A stretch of 52,068 nucleotides of DNA from a bacterium (GTDB taxonomy: Bacteria > Electryoneota > Electryoneia > Electryoneales > Electryoneaceae), in the NCBI GenBank assembly GCA_043801585.1, contig JAZDLX010000074.1, positions 1-52,068 on the forward strand, read 5' to 3'. The notes beneath the pieces are model-generated. The model made no database searches. It was not told the DNA's origin and saw nothing but the letters and a program-made list of their open reading frames with translations. Of the stretch, positions 10,202-20,930 are shown in pieces. How positions within the stretch are numbered: the stretch's first letter is position 1; every line of letters begins with the position of its first letter. The translations under genes were made by a program, and so were the position numbers.

Positions 10202-10975
10202 TTACCACACCTTCCAGGGAGCAGATCCATCCGCCCACATCTTTTCCAGCTCCCGCTTCTCGCGGAGGGAATCCATGGCGAACCAGAAACCTTCGTGACG
10301 ATATGCCATCAATTCCCCGGCCTCGACAAGATTTTCCAAGGGATCGCGCTCCCACACGGTTTCATCGCCATCGATCAGGTCAAGAACTCCCGGTTCGCAT
10401 ACAAAGAAGCCACCGTTGATCCAATCTCCACCCGCCCGGCTCTTTTCGCGGAATTTCTCGACCTTGTCACCTGTTGTGAGTTCAAAAGTTCCAAAACGCG
10501 ACGGTAAATGGACCGCGGTAACCGTGCAGAGTTTTCCGTGGGAGCGATGGAACTCGACGAGTTTGCGGATGTCCAAGTCAGCCAAGCCGTCCCCGTAAGT
10601 GAGCATGAAAGTGCCATCCCGAAGCTTGTCCGCAAGTCGTTTGATCCGTCCTCCGGTCATGACATCGGCACCGGTGTCCACCATGTTCACCCCCCAGCTT
10701 GGGCGGTTGCCATCATGGACGGTCAATTTCCCTGAACCAAGGTTGACGGTGAGGTTGGAGTTCAGCGCGTGAAAATCGAGGAAATACCTCTTGACGACTT
10801 CGCCCTTATAACCGAGCGCGATCACGAATTCGTTGAACCCGGCGGCAGAATAAATGTTCATGATGTGCCAGAGCATCGGATGACCACCGATTTCAACCAT
10901 CGGCTTGGGTCTGATCTCGGTCTCTTCCGAGAGCCGGGTACCCAATCCACCTGCGAGGATCACCGTTTTCATCAC
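10202..10975 (-). CDS. rfbF: Glucose-1-phosphate cytidylyltransferase
   Basis: ILAGGLGTRLSEET..RPKPMVEIG, TGGRIKR, TYGDG, WINGGFFV, APWKVW. Confidence 0.95.
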   Translation of the reverse strand: MMKTVILAGGLGTRLSEETEIRPKPMVEIGGHPMLWHIMNIYSAAGFNEFVIALGYKGEVVKRYFLDFHALNSNLTVNLGSGKLTVHDGNRPSWGVNMVDTGADVMTGGRIKRLADKLRDGTFMLTYGDGLADLDIRKLVEFHRSHGKLCTVTAVHLPSRFGTFELTTGDKVEKFREKSRAGGDWINGGFFVCEPGVLDLIDGDETVWERDPLENLVEAGELMAYRHEGFWFAMDSLREKRELEKMWADGSAPWKVW

Positions 10976-11080
10976 TATCTCCCCGTTCCTGCACCGGAAA
11001 GTTATTACCGTCTAACGTGACAATCGTTGTCAGCCATCAGATGCTCGGCCGAACGGCTCCCGGCATACACCCCTGATGTC

Positions 11081-12013
11081 TCAGCGAAGTTCCCCGGATT
11101 CCTTCAGGCGACGCCCCCACCATTCGACGGTTTCCGCCAGTCCGCTCTCAAGATCGTACTGCGGCAACCAGCCGGTTGCTTCGCGAAGCCTGCCATTGTC
11201 CGCCACCACCATTGGTGGGTCATCCACTCTCGGTTGGTACGCCCCGAGTTCGATCAATTCCCCTCGTCCCGTCAAACGGCCAATGGTTTCCACGATCTGC
11301 CGCACGGTGACAGGCACTCCACTGCCGACGTTGACCGCGCCGGTCAGATCACTGTCGAGCACCGCCAGCACACCGGACGCATCGTCGCCCACATGCAGAA
11401 AATCACGGACCTGCTCACCCGTTGAAGCTTGAGCTTTTTCACCCATCAGCAACTTCCTGATCACCGATGCCACCAGCCGCCGCTCATCTTCCCAGGGACC
11501 GTACTGATAGAAAAACCGGACCCAGGCCATCGGAAGCTCGATCATTTCCGCGAGTTTTGTCGCAGCGGTGAAGGTGGCGAGTTTGCAGGCGGCGTAAAGG
11601 CTGGAGGGTTTTGTCGGGCTGTCCTCCCGCATGATGTTGGTCTCGAAATCATACTCGAAACAGGTTCCAATGCCGACGAACTTCTTCACGCCCGCCTCAG
11701 CGGAGGCTTGCATCAGGTTCAAGGTCGCACCGATAAAAGGCACATTTTCAGTGGACGAGGGATACTTGCCGGGAACCGCGTACCAAGCGAGATGGACAAC
11801 GGTGTCGGGTTTGGCCGCCTTGACAAGCGCGCTGGCAGCCGTGTGATCGGTGACGTCCAGATCCACCATGCGGACGCGGTCTGCCACCTGCCCGATACGG
11901 TCGCGATTGGCTCCGGGAATGTCCGCCACGGTAACATCGTTACCCCGTCCGGCGAAAGCGCGCACGACGGCTGACCCTATAAACCCGCACCCCCCTGTAA
12001 CCAGGACATTCAT
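11081..12013 (-). CDS. NAD-dependent epimerase/reductase (NDP-4-keto-sugar reductase-like SDR)
   Basis: MNVLVTGGCGFIG, HLAW, GTCFEY, YAACK, RDFLHVGD. Start ATG 12013. Confidence 0.85.
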   Translation of the reverse strand: MNVLVTGGCGFIGSAVVRAFAGRGNDVTVADIPGANRDRIGQVADRVRMVDLDVTDHTAASALVKAAKPDTVVHLAWYAVPGKYPSSTENVPFIGATLNLMQASAEAGVKKFVGIGTCFEYDFETNIMREDSPTKPSSLYAACKLATFTAATKLAEMIELPMAWVRFFYQYGPWEDERRLVASVIRKLLMGEKAQASTGEQVRDFLHVGDDASGVLAVLDSDLTGAVNVGSGVPVTVRQIVETIGRLTGRGELIELGAYQPRVDDPPMVVADNGRLREATGWLPQYDLESGLAETVEWWGRRLKESGELR

Positions 12014-12017
12014 CGGA

Positions 12018-12548
12018 TCATTCGCTCCAATCCGCGTGTTCGGCGTCCTTTTCGGAGATGATTTCAACAGGAATCGGCCACTCGATGTCGAACGCCGGAT
12101 CGTTATAGCGTATCCCCCGCTCGGAACCGGGCGCATAAAACGCCGAAACCATGTAGAAAACCGCCGAATCATCGGTGAGAGTCAGATAGCTGTGTGCAAA
12201 GCCGGTGGGAACGTACAACATCTCCCGATTATCCGCGCTCAGCTCAAATCCCTGCCACCGTCTGAAGGTCGAACTGTCCGGGCGAAGGTCAACGATACAG
12301 TCCCAGATCGCCCCTTGAATACAACGGATCAGTTTCACCTCCTCGTGGGGAGGGAGCTGATAATGCATGCCGCGCAAGGTACCCCGTTTCGGATTTCCCG
12401 ACATGTTGCATTGCACAAACCTGCTGACAAGCCCGTGTTCCGAGAATTCCCGCTCACAGAAGGCACGCGCGAAATAGCCCCGTTGATCCTCATGGGCCTC
12501 CAGTGCGATGATGTACGCTCCAGACAGATCCGTTTCGCTGAATTTCAA
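12018..12548 (-). CDS. rfbC: NDP-4-keto-6-deoxyglucose 3,5-epimerase (RmlC family)
   Basis: D.RGYF.R, GTLRGMHYQ, VDLRPDS, GFAHSY; TTG start 12548 after GGAGG. Confidence 0.9.
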   Translation of the reverse strand: MKFSETDLSGAYIIALEAHEDQRGYFARAFCEREFSEHGLVSRFVQCNMSGNPKRGTLRGMHYQLPPHEEVKLIRCIQGAIWDCIVDLRPDSSTFRRWQGFELSADNREMLYVPTGFAHSYLTLTDDSAVFYMVSAFYAPGSERGIRYNDPAFDIEWPIPVEIISEKDAEHADWSE

Positions 12549-12759
12549 AGCGCCTCCACATTCGGAAGTACACATTCCAGCAATGGAAATACGGAACATA
12601 ACAACCGGGTGCGGGTAAAATAGAGAAACCGCTCCCGGTCTCCAATAAATCTCGACGGTTTTTCACGTATCAGGGTGGACAGCAACAGGAAAAGACACTG
12701 GCGCAGTGGGCGGGACAATCCTATCTTGTCCGCGTCCACCAATTCGTGGGAAGGGTATC

Positions 12760-13773
12760 ATGAATGTCCTCGTCACCGGCGGTGCAGGTTTTATCGGATC
12801 CAACCTCGTGCACTTTCTGCTGCGCCAACGTCCCGAATGGAATGTGCTCAACCTTGATGCGCTGACCTATGCGGGCAACCTGGAAAACCTGGCCGCAGCG
12901 GAAAAGAATCCCCGGTACCGGTTTGCTCACGCGGACATCACAGACCGCAAGGCGGTCGACGCCGCTCTCGAGGAATTCAAGCCGGATGCGGTGATGCACC
13001 TGGCGGCGGAATCGCACGTGGACCGGAGTATCCTCGACGCCACCGCGTTCATCCACACAAACGTGCTCGGCACGGAGGTTCTCCTCGACGCGGTGCGGGC
13101 CTCGGGACGCCCGATCCGATTCCTGCACGTTTCCACCGACGAGGTATACGGCAGCCTCGGCCCCGAAGGGTATTTCACCGAGGAAACCCCTCTTTCGCCG
13201 AACAGCCCCTATTCCGCGTCCAAAGCCGCGTCCGATATGCTCGTCCGCGCATCATTTCACACCCACAAAATGGACGTCGTGACCACACGTTGCTCGAACA
13301 ACTACGGACCCTTCCAATTCCCGGAAAAACTGATTCCGCTGATGATCGCCAACGCTCTCGAGGACAAGCCGCTGCCGGTGTATGGCGATGGAATGAATGT
13401 GAGGGACTGGCTGTACGTCGAGGACCACTGCAGAGCCCTGCTGACCGCGCTCGAAAAGGGCAAAGCGGGCGAAGTGTACAACATCGGTGGCCATAACGAG
13501 TGGCCGAATATCAAAATAGTCAAACTGATCCTGAAGCATTTGGGTAAATCGGACAAGCTCATCCAATTTGTCGCCGACAGGCCGGGACATGACCGGCGGT
13601 ACGCCATCGACGCATCGAAAATCGAACAGGAATTAGGCTGGACGCCGTCACGGACCTTCGAAGAGGCGTTGCCGCTGACGATCCAGTGGTACCTTGAGCA
13701 TCGGGAATGGTCAGACAGGGTAAGATCAGGAGCGTATCTGGAATACTATGAAAAACAATATGGTAATCGTTAA
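12760..13773 (+). CDS. rfbB: dTDP-glucose 4,6-dehydratase
   Basis: TGGAGFIGS, LTYAGN, AAESHVDRS, STDEVYG, PYSASKA, DRPGHDRRYAID. Confidence 0.95.
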   Translation: MNVLVTGGAGFIGSNLVHFLLRQRPEWNVLNLDALTYAGNLENLAAAEKNPRYRFAHADITDRKAVDAALEEFKPDAVMHLAAESHVDRSILDATAFIHTNVLGTEVLLDAVRASGRPIRFLHVSTDEVYGSLGPEGYFTEETPLSPNSPYSASKAASDMLVRASFHTHKMDVVTTRCSNNYGPFQFPEKLIPLMIANALEDKPLPVYGDGMNVRDWLYVEDHCRALLTALEKGKAGEVYNIGGHNEWPNIKIVKLILKHLGKSDKLIQFVADRPGHDRRYAIDASKIEQELGWTPSRTFEEALPLTIQWYLEHREWSDRVRSGAYLEYYEKQYGNR

Positions 13774-13928
13774 TTCCTGTTTATCAACAGTGAGTTCTCC
13801 TTGAGGGCAGCATCCTGACAGTAAACATTAAAAAGGCGGCATAATATTCGGCAGATCAGGCGAATTTTACGTAATTTCGTCCAGAATTTGATGAAAACGG
13901 TCCATTTCTCCTGAAAATGGGCCGCTTT

Positions 13929-15164
13929 TCATTCGTGCAAATCAATAGCTGCGGCGAGGATTCCCTCGGCCATCTCACCCAGGCCGGATAGACTGGCGTT
14001 CTTTTTTACCCATTTTCGCCCATTTTTTCCCCAGTTTTTCATCTTTTCTGGCGAATTTCGAACAGAATCGATCAAATTTGCGAGATTTTCATCGTCAGAT
14101 GGCGCGACGATTATCCCACACTCCGCTTCGTACATGATCGATGCCGTGTCGCAGTCGTCCTGAACCGCCGCGATCACGGGTCGTTCCGCAGCGAGATAAC
14201 CGAGCAGCTTTGAGGGATTCGAGGAGTGACCGCGCCCCGGGAGCAGAGTGACCACGGAAACGTCTGCAAGCGCTTGCAATTCCGCCAGACGGCTACGGGG
14301 AACGAAGTCGTGGAATTGAACGTTGTGCAGCTTCAGCTCACCGGCGAGTTGCTCGTTCTGTTCCCGTTCCACCCCCATTCCAACCATAAGAAACAGGATA
14401 TTACGATCTTCACGCATTCTGTTTGCCGCATCAATCAACACCCGTGTACCGTGCTGGCGTCCCATCGTTCCGGCGTAGAGGACGACAAATGTCTCCTCCG
14501 GAATGTTCCACTCGCGGCGCAAACCATTCACCCTTGGCAGCGGGCGCACCTCGTCGGTGTCAATCCAGTTCCAGATGCGGTGGAGTCTCTTCTCCGGCAC
14601 ACCTTTCTCTTTCAGGCGCTCGAAGAAATGGTTCCCCAGCGGACAGAGAAGGGTGGCATGGCGGTAGATCCACCGTTCCTGCCTTCGCAGCAACGCGATC
14701 AGCAGGGGATTGGTGATAAATCCGCTGTCAATGGAAGCGTCCGGGTGCATGTCCTCGATGTCGAGGACGCTCGGGCAGTGGAACCGTCCTGCAATGGAAA
14801 TCGCGGCGGTGGCAACTGTGGGTGGGGGAATCGCGGCGTAAACGAGATCGAACGGGCCGTGCCTGCGGCCCGCCAGACGCATCGACAGGCCCAGCGTCAG
14901 GAACGCCAACGTTCTGTGGAAAAACGAGTTGCGGCTGGGAATAAAGTGCCATGCCCGAACCACCCGGATGCTGTCGATCTCCTCGACATAGACCCATCGA
15001 CGGCGGTACCCGGTGTGCAGTTTCCCCTCCGGCCAGTGGGGATAGCCGGTCAGTACGGTAACGTCATGCCCCCGCTGCTTCCAGGCTGCCGCCAATTCCG
15101 CGAATTTCACCCCCCAGGGGAGATTCTCGGGCGGATAGGCTGTTGTCATCATCAGGATTTTCAA
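13929..15164 (-). CDS. GT4 glycosyltransferase (WcaI/WbuB-like)
   Basis: YPPE, GHDVTVLTGYPHWP, LYAGTMG..HG, PSKL.GYLAA.RPVI. Confidence 0.88.
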   Translation of the reverse strand: MKILMMTTAYPPENLPWGVKFAELAAAWKQRGHDVTVLTGYPHWPEGKLHTGYRRRWVYVEEIDSIRVVRAWHFIPSRNSFFHRTLAFLTLGLSMRLAGRRHGPFDLVYAAIPPPTVATAAISIAGRFHCPSVLDIEDMHPDASIDSGFITNPLLIALLRRQERWIYRHATLLCPLGNHFFERLKEKGVPEKRLHRIWNWIDTDEVRPLPRVNGLRREWNIPEETFVVLYAGTMGRQHGTRVLIDAANRMREDRNILFLMVGMGVEREQNEQLAGELKLHNVQFHDFVPRSRLAELQALADVSVVTLLPGRGHSSNPSKLLGYLAAERPVIAAVQDDCDTASIMYEAECGIIVAPSDDENLANLIDSVRNSPEKMKNWGKNGRKWVKKNASLSGLGEMAEGILAAAIDLHE

Positions 15165-16255
15165 GCCTGATCCTCAGCGTCGTCGGGGCGTTTCGGAGGA
15201 ACGTTGCGGCTGTCCGCCTGTTCCAGACGTTTTCCCGCCTTCCAGTAGAGCACCGCAGCGAAGACCGGCAGGTATGCGCCGATCAGCACCGGAATCGAAC
15301 GGTTGTCTCCAAGCACCACGGCGATCACCGCCAGGGGAAGCAGCCAGAAAACATCGATCAACATGATCGCGGTTGTCACCCGGGCATGGGAATGCCCCGC
15401 CCGGATTGCGTGATGAAACGCGAAGTCCCGATGCGCCAGGGTAATGTTTTCGCCCACGAGCAGCCGACGAAAGGTCGTCCAGGTACTATCGGTGTAAAAC
15501 ACCGCCATCAGGATCAGGAACGCGCCGAGGGGGACGGTTTCGGTGAGTTTTCCCCAGAGGCTCGTCACCGCGAAGGTTACCCCGAGGAAACCGCTGCAAA
15601 GGTCGCCCATAAATATCTTCGCGGGATGCCAGTTCCAACGCAGGTAGCCGGTGCTGGCGGCGGCGATCAGCAGGTAGACCGCCGCGAGTGGAAGGTTGCC
15701 GTTGATCGCGGCGATGGTGCCCGCGGAGAGGCCGATGAAAACCGCCTGTCCGCCCGCAAGACCGTCAATCCCGTCCATGAAGTTGTAGCTGTTGATGTTC
15801 CAGACGACGTAGAGCGTGATCAATGCCAAAGCCGGTGCGCCTGTCAATTCGAGGGATTTCGGAAAGATGATTTCCAGGTGACTGCCGATGTAGAGGACGA
15901 TGACAAATCCGGCAAGGACGTGGATCAGCAACCGCACCCGTTTGCGCACCCCGAACAGGTCTTCGACGAGGCCGATCCCAACGATCATGGAACCCGAGAT
16001 CACGAGTGTCCACAGCCAGGGAACCTGAAGCGGGATCGCGAGGGCGAGCGCCAGGATTCCGGTGAGGACGACAGTGACAATCGCCAGTCCACCGATGCGT
16101 GGAACCGGCACCGCATGGCTGCTGCGTTCGTTGGGGACATCAAGCAATTTGCTCTGAACCGCCAAGGAACGTATCCGCCCCGCGAGCCAGGAACTGACGG
16201 TGACAACAACAATGAACGTCACAACGACAATCGCGATCCATCCCCAGTCCGGCAA
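15161..16255 (-). CDS. MraY/WecA-family undecaprenyl-phosphate sugar-1-phosphate transferase (WbpL-like)
   Basis: D.PNERSSH..PVPRIGG, YNFMDGIDG, AKIFMGD, AHR; many TM helices. Confidence 0.9.
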   Translation of the reverse strand: MPDWGWIAIVVVTFIVVVTVSSWLAGRIRSLAVQSKLLDVPNERSSHAVPVPRIGGLAIVTVVLTGILALALAIPLQVPWLWTLVISGSMIVGIGLVEDLFGVRKRVRLLIHVLAGFVIVLYIGSHLEIIFPKSLELTGAPALALITLYVVWNINSYNFMDGIDGLAGGQAVFIGLSAGTIAAINGNLPLAAVYLLIAAASTGYLRWNWHPAKIFMGDLCSGFLGVTFAVTSLWGKLTETVPLGAFLILMAVFYTDSTWTTFRRLLVGENITLAHRDFAFHHAIRAGHSHARVTTAIMLIDVFWLLPLAVIAVVLGDNRSIPVLIGAYLPVFAAVLYWKAGKRLEQADSRNVPPKRPDDAEDQA

Positions 16256-16491
16256 CGATTCCTCCCACTTTTCAACCTATGGCAATGGAGCCCCGTTCCG
16301 TGATTTGCCTCCGCACAAACGTACTGCATCCCTTTCACCAAACCAACTTCTCCTGTGTCTGCGGGAAAGCACCGGTTTCCGCCACCCCACTTTGAGAACT
16401 CGACGCATGATCGTACTTTTGCCGGTGTCCATGGACGGCGTCGCACAGACCCTCAGCCTGACAACGTCACTACATCTTAGGAACATTTCGG

Positions 16492-17208
16492 ATGATCGAT
16501 CAGCAGGAAGAAACATCAAAGACGGACGCGAGAGCATTGACACTGAGCCGGCTCTGGGGAATGGTGCGTCCCACCTATCTCTGGACGAGGTACATCGATC
16601 ATCCGCCCGGCGTCCTGCTGGCGTGGCTCAGCCTTCGCCTGGGCATCGGTGCACGGATTCTCACGGTGCTGACCGCCATTCCGGTTCTCTTCGGCGCGTA
16701 TTCCCTGCTCGTTTTTCCCCATCCCTGGAACCTTGTGGGATTCCTCGTCGCCATTCAGCTCAGCTACATCGTGGATTGTGCGGATGGCCCGGTTGCTCGG
16801 GCAACCGGCGCGGCGTCCGGACCCGGCGCATACCTTGACCGCCTGATCGATTTCTTTTCCCTCGCTGTGATTGGAATCGGCTACTCGAGATACATCGTAG
16901 TGCACATTCCATCGCACAGCTTTATCCTCTGGAGTGCGGTCGCCTTTTTTGTCACACGGGCTTTGAGTTACTCGGCTCAATTCATGAAGCCAGAAACAAA
17001 AGGTCCGATGGCTTCTCTCTCCGAGAATCCCCTTGTCAAAACGGTTGGACAATTCACCGACACCGGTCTCTGGTGGTTTTTCCTCCCTCTCTTCGTCTGG
17101 AAAGATCCGTTATGGATTCCGCTGGCGTTCGGCGCCCTGTTGAATCTGTCCGTTTACCTGAAAGGCATCGCAACCGCTTACCGTGGAAATGTTCCCACGG
17201 CGAGTTGA
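16492..17208 (+). CDS. CDP-alcohol phosphatidyltransferase family protein
   Basis: Signature DCADGPVARATGAASGPGAYLDRLID; multiple TM segments. Confidence 0.85.
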   Translation: MIDQQEETSKTDARALTLSRLWGMVRPTYLWTRYIDHPPGVLLAWLSLRLGIGARILTVLTAIPVLFGAYSLLVFPHPWNLVGFLVAIQLSYIVDCADGPVARATGAASGPGAYLDRLIDFFSLAVIGIGYSRYIVVHIPSHSFILWSAVAFFVTRALSYSAQFMKPETKGPMASLSENPLVKTVGQFTDTGLWWFFLPLFVWKDPLWIPLAFGALLNLSVYLKGIATAYRGNVPTAS

Positions 17209-17237
17209 GGTGATGGTTCCAGCAAGCAGGATAACCT

Positions 17238-18401
17238 TTACCGCCCGAGGTGGATTCTTTCGAAGATCGCAAGGTGGGCGCGAAACCTCTCCTCCGCAGT
17301 TCCGAACATCGTTAGACGCTTTTCGCCATGTCGAATCTGCTGTCTCCTCAACGTCTGATCGCCCATCAACCTCAGAACAGCCTCGGCCAGGGCCTCTCCG
17401 TCGAATGGATCCGCGTAGAGAGCAGCATCCCCGCAAACGTCGTGGGCGAAGGGGCGGTCGGAGGTCACGATGGGTACTCCCATCGCCATCGCTTCCGGAT
17501 AGGATGCGGAGAACACCTCCATCAGGGTGGGCAGGAGCATGACGTCCGCCCGAGTATAGAGAGAAGGCCCCTCGACAGGTCTCACCGGACCGATGTTAAC
17601 CAGCATCTTTCCCACGCCCAAAGCATCTGCTTTTGTCTTTAACTCACCCCACGGCCCCTCGGGAAGTGTTATCACAAAACGCCAGACGGTCTCGGGCGAT
17701 TTGGTTTGAAGGGCTTTTGCGACCTCCGGCAAAACGGCGTGATTCTTGTGCGGATGTGGACCGGCGAAGGTCAACAGAACCTTCGCATCGGCGGGCAGGG
17801 CGTTCAGCATTGGGTGAGGTGGGGTCTTGCGCGAGTCCGCTGACAGGTAAATGCTCGAGCAGGAATTGGGGATGACATGGATCTCCTCGCGAGACCGCCC
17901 CAGCACCCTTGCCAACCCCTGCGCATCCACCTCCGTCTCGCTGATATACGCGGCGTGACCGCGAATCCACATCCACTGCCACAACAGCCAGAGGCGCATA
18001 CGGAGAGCCTTCCATCCGGGATAGGAGCGCTTCCAGGCTTCCTTATCGGCGGTCTGCGTCACCAGGAGAACGGCGTAGCCGGTGACATGCGGTGCTCGAA
18101 AGCGAACATACGCGGGACCGAGGAGAGTGAAAACGAGGTCCGGCTGAAATGTCCGCTCGATCTCACGGATACGAGCACGTCCCCGACGCCCACGTAGCCG
18201 TCTCGCCGGGGAGATGTCGAAGATTTCCACCTCGAGATGATCAGCCCTGTCCTCTGCCGTGAGATTCACGGCGATTTCGTTGGAAAGCAGCAGTCGCCAG
18301 GTGTGTTCTCCACCCCATCGACGAATCGCATGAACGAATTCGAAGGCCTTCTGGATTCCGCCGCCGATTTTCAAGTTGGTTGCGTTGAAGAGGATTTTCA
18401 C
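17238..18401 (-). CDS. GT4 glycosyltransferase
   Basis: PHKN, EVFSASYPEAMAMGVPIVTSD (Ex7E); GTG 18401 overlaps upstream TGA. Confidence 0.88.
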   Translation of the reverse strand: MKILFNATNLKIGGGIQKAFEFVHAIRRWGGEHTWRLLLSNEIAVNLTAEDRADHLEVEIFDISPARRLRGRRGRARIREIERTFQPDLVFTLLGPAYVRFRAPHVTGYAVLLVTQTADKEAWKRSYPGWKALRMRLWLLWQWMWIRGHAAYISETEVDAQGLARVLGRSREEIHVIPNSCSSIYLSADSRKTPPHPMLNALPADAKVLLTFAGPHPHKNHAVLPEVAKALQTKSPETVWRFVITLPEGPWGELKTKADALGVGKMLVNIGPVRPVEGPSLYTRADVMLLPTLMEVFSASYPEAMAMGVPIVTSDRPFAHDVCGDAALYADPFDGEALAEAVLRLMGDQTLRRQQIRHGEKRLTMFGTAEERFRAHLAIFERIHLGR

Positions 18402-19720
18402 GGCGCAACCTCCCGCGGCATCTCCGGCGAACCGATTCTCCACACCTGGATCGCAGCGAACAGCAACTCGATCGTTCTCGACGCAAGGTAAACCGCCGCC
18501 AACCCTTCAGCGCCCCAATGCGGCACCGCCCACAAGACAGCGAAGATGAAGATCAGATCGCGGGGCAGCGTGATCGCCAGGAAGAAACGCCAGATCCGTT
18601 CGTTGGACTGCAGGTGTTGCACAAGGGCGTTCCTTGTCACCTCGAAGAGGGTCGAGACGAGGAGGATCATCAACACCGGCGCGCCGGAGATGAACTCGCG
18701 TCCGAAGAGGTGCAGGACGGGTTTGCGCAGCAGCATCAGCAGTCCAGCCGCGACCGCGGTGGCCCCAACCATCATCAGCATGTTCAGGCGAAATACCCGC
18801 CGGTACCCGGACCGTTCGCCGAGCCCGATCTGGTTGCTCAGCAGGGAGAAGCCGACGCGCCCGATCACAATCGGAACGAACATGACAAGAAAACGAAGGT
18901 TGCTGGCAGCGGCGTAGATTCCCATCATCGAGAAGCCGTCCGTCTGCCGGACGAGATAGAAATTGCCGAACCAGGTGCTGAACACGGTTACATAAGCGGC
19001 GAGCGCCGCTGGCAGAGTGAACGAGATGAGCAGTGACATCTCACGGGAAATGCCCTTGGAGACGGCCACGATGCCCCGTTTTTTCAAGGAGTAAGAGAGG
19101 GCGAAGCGGTGTGCGGTCCAGCGTACGAACCCAGCTACCGAGAGGCCGATAATGGCGCCTTCCCGTCCTCCGTAGTACCCTCCGGCGCAGACGAAGATGA
19201 TCGAGCCAATCCCGCTGGCAATTCCCGCCCAGGCGAGCGGGCGGTAGGATTCGAGTCCGTTGAGCGCACCGATCTGGTAGCCGTTCACGGTCTGGAACAG
19301 CAGGAAGGGAGCACCGAGAGCGAGCATTAACGCGAGATACCCCGCATTCAGCAGCGTGCCCGCGATCCACGGTGCGAGAACCACAACCAGGACGGCGGCG
19401 AGCAATCCGAGGGTGAAGCTGATCCGGTTTAAAAGCACGACCAGCCGTCCCGCTCGTTCCGCGTCCGAATCCCGTGTTGTGGCGAAGTGTTTCATCGCCG
19501 TGAATCCGAGGGAGAGTTCGGCAAAGGTGGCCGCCATCAGCAGGGTGTTCTGCACGATGGCATATTCACCGAAGACTGTCTTTCCGAGAATTCGGGCGAG
19601 CAGGATGTTCACCAGCAGCGTTGTCCCCTGGTTGAAGGACATCGCCACGAGGTTCCAGAAACTGCCGACGATCAACCGTTCGCCAAGACCTCCCCGCCGC
19701 GAACCGATGAAACCGTTCAC
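18398..19720 (-). CDS. Wzx-like oligosaccharide flippase
   Basis: LARILG...FGEY, many TM helices, MGIYAAA, LFG.EF..GAPVL; polysaccharide context. Confidence 0.85.
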   Translation of the reverse strand: MNGFIGSRRGGLGERLIVGSFWNLVAMSFNQGTTLLVNILLARILGKTVFGEYAIVQNTLLMAATFAELSLGFTAMKHFATTRDSDAERAGRLVVLLNRISFTLGLLAAVLVVVLAPWIAGTLLNAGYLALMLALGAPFLLFQTVNGYQIGALNGLESYRPLAWAGIASGIGSIIFVCAGGYYGGREGAIIGLSVAGFVRWTAHRFALSYSLKKRGIVAVSKGISREMSLLISFTLPAALAAYVTVFSTWFGNFYLVRQTDGFSMMGIYAAASNLRFLVMFVPIVIGRVGFSLLSNQIGLGERSGYRRVFRLNMLMMVGATAVAAGLLMLLRKPVLHLFGREFISGAPVLMILLVSTLFEVTRNALVQHLQSNERIWRFFLAITLPRDLIFIFAVLWAVPHWGAEGLAAVYLASRTIELLFAAIQVWRIGSPEMPREVAP

Positions 19721-19759
19721 CTCTCCTCTCCCGTTTGTTCGTTCACCGGAAGGATAGGG

Positions 19760-19794
19760 AAAAAAGAGCCCGCCGGAAACAGCGGCGGGCTTTT
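19760..19794 (-). terminator. Intrinsic terminator after the DegT-family gene (possibly bidirectional)
   Basis: AGCCCGCCG / CGGCGGGCT stem flanked by A and T runs. Confidence 0.75.
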
Positions 19795-19817
19795 CTCCTG
19801 CTCATTTTCGCCCTGAA

Positions 19818-20930
19818 TCAGGCGTAGAACTCCGTTACTGTTACCACCACTTCCTCGAGCTGCGCCTCCGTCAATTCAGGATAGATTGGCAACGAGATCA
19901 CTTCCCTTGCGGCCTTCTCCGACTCCGGGAAGTCGCCCTCTTTGTATCCGAGGTAGCCGAAACATTCCTGGAGGTGCATCGGCACGGGATAATACACCGA
20001 ACAACCGACACCCTTCTCTTTCATGTGAGAGACGAGGCCGTCACGGTTGGGGACGCGCAGGGTATACTGATTGAAGATGTGACGGCTGCCGACGACCCTG
20101 GGCAAAACCACCCCTTTCTCAAGGAGCCCGGCATCGGTCAGGAGCCGGTCGTAAATCATGGCGTTCTTCCGGCGTCCCTCGGTCCAGGAGTCGAGATACT
20201 TCAGTTTCACCTTGACCACAGCCGCCTGCAGGGCGTCGATACGGAAATTCCCACCGACAAATTCGTGGTGGTACATCTGCACACCGCCGTGCACACGCAT
20301 TTTCACGAGTTTTTCGTGTCGTGCATCGTCCTGGGTCGTGACAATGCCGCCATCGCCCGCGCCACCGAGGTTCTTCGACGGAAAGAAACTGAAACAGCCA
20401 TAGGCACCGAGAGATCCGGCGCGACGCCCCTTGTCCTCGGAGCCTATCGCCTGCGCCGCATCCTCGATCACCGCAAGGTTGCGGGCTCCGGCGAGCTCGA
20501 GGATCGGGTCCATGTCCGCCATCTGTCCGAAGAGATGGATCGGTATGATCACACGGGTTTTGCCGGTGATTGCAGCCTCGATGCCGGACGGGTCAATGTT
20601 GAAGGTAACTGGATCGATATCGACGAACACCGGACGGGCGCCGACACGGTGGATTGAGCCGGCTGTTGCAAAGAACGTGAAGGGAGCCGTGACCACTTCG
20701 TCCCCGGCACCGAGCCCCTCGGACATCAGCGCAATGATCAGTGCATCCGTCCCCGAACTTACGCCCACGGCGTGATTTGCGTGGCAGTATTTGGCGATCT
20801 GCCCTTCCAGTTCCACAACTTTTGGACCGAGGATGAAATACTGGCTTTCCAACACCTCGGCGATCTCATGTTCGATCTCCTCCCGAATCGTACGGTATTG
20901 CGCCTTCAGATCGAGAAGCGGCACTCCCAT
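19818..20930 (-). CDS. DegT/DnrJ/EryC1/StrS PLP-dependent sugar aminotransferase
   Basis: MGVPLLDLKAQY, SSGTDAL, EDAAQA, SFFPSKNLG..GDGG; AAGGAG RBS before ATG 20930. Confidence 0.93.
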   Translation of the reverse strand: MGVPLLDLKAQYRTIREEIEHEIAEVLESQYFILGPKVVELEGQIAKYCHANHAVGVSSGTDALIIALMSEGLGAGDEVVTAPFTFFATAGSIHRVGARPVFVDIDPVTFNIDPSGIEAAITGKTRVIIPIHLFGQMADMDPILELAGARNLAVIEDAAQAIGSEDKGRRAGSLGAYGCFSFFPSKNLGGAGDGGIVTTQDDARHEKLVKMRVHGGVQMYHHEFVGGNFRIDALQAAVVKVKLKYLDSWTEGRRKNAMIYDRLLTDAGLLEKGVVLPRVVGSRHIFNQYTLRVPNRDGLVSHMKEKGVGCSVYYPVPMHLQECFGYLGYKEGDFPESEKAAREVISLPIYPELTEAQLEEVVVTVTEFYA

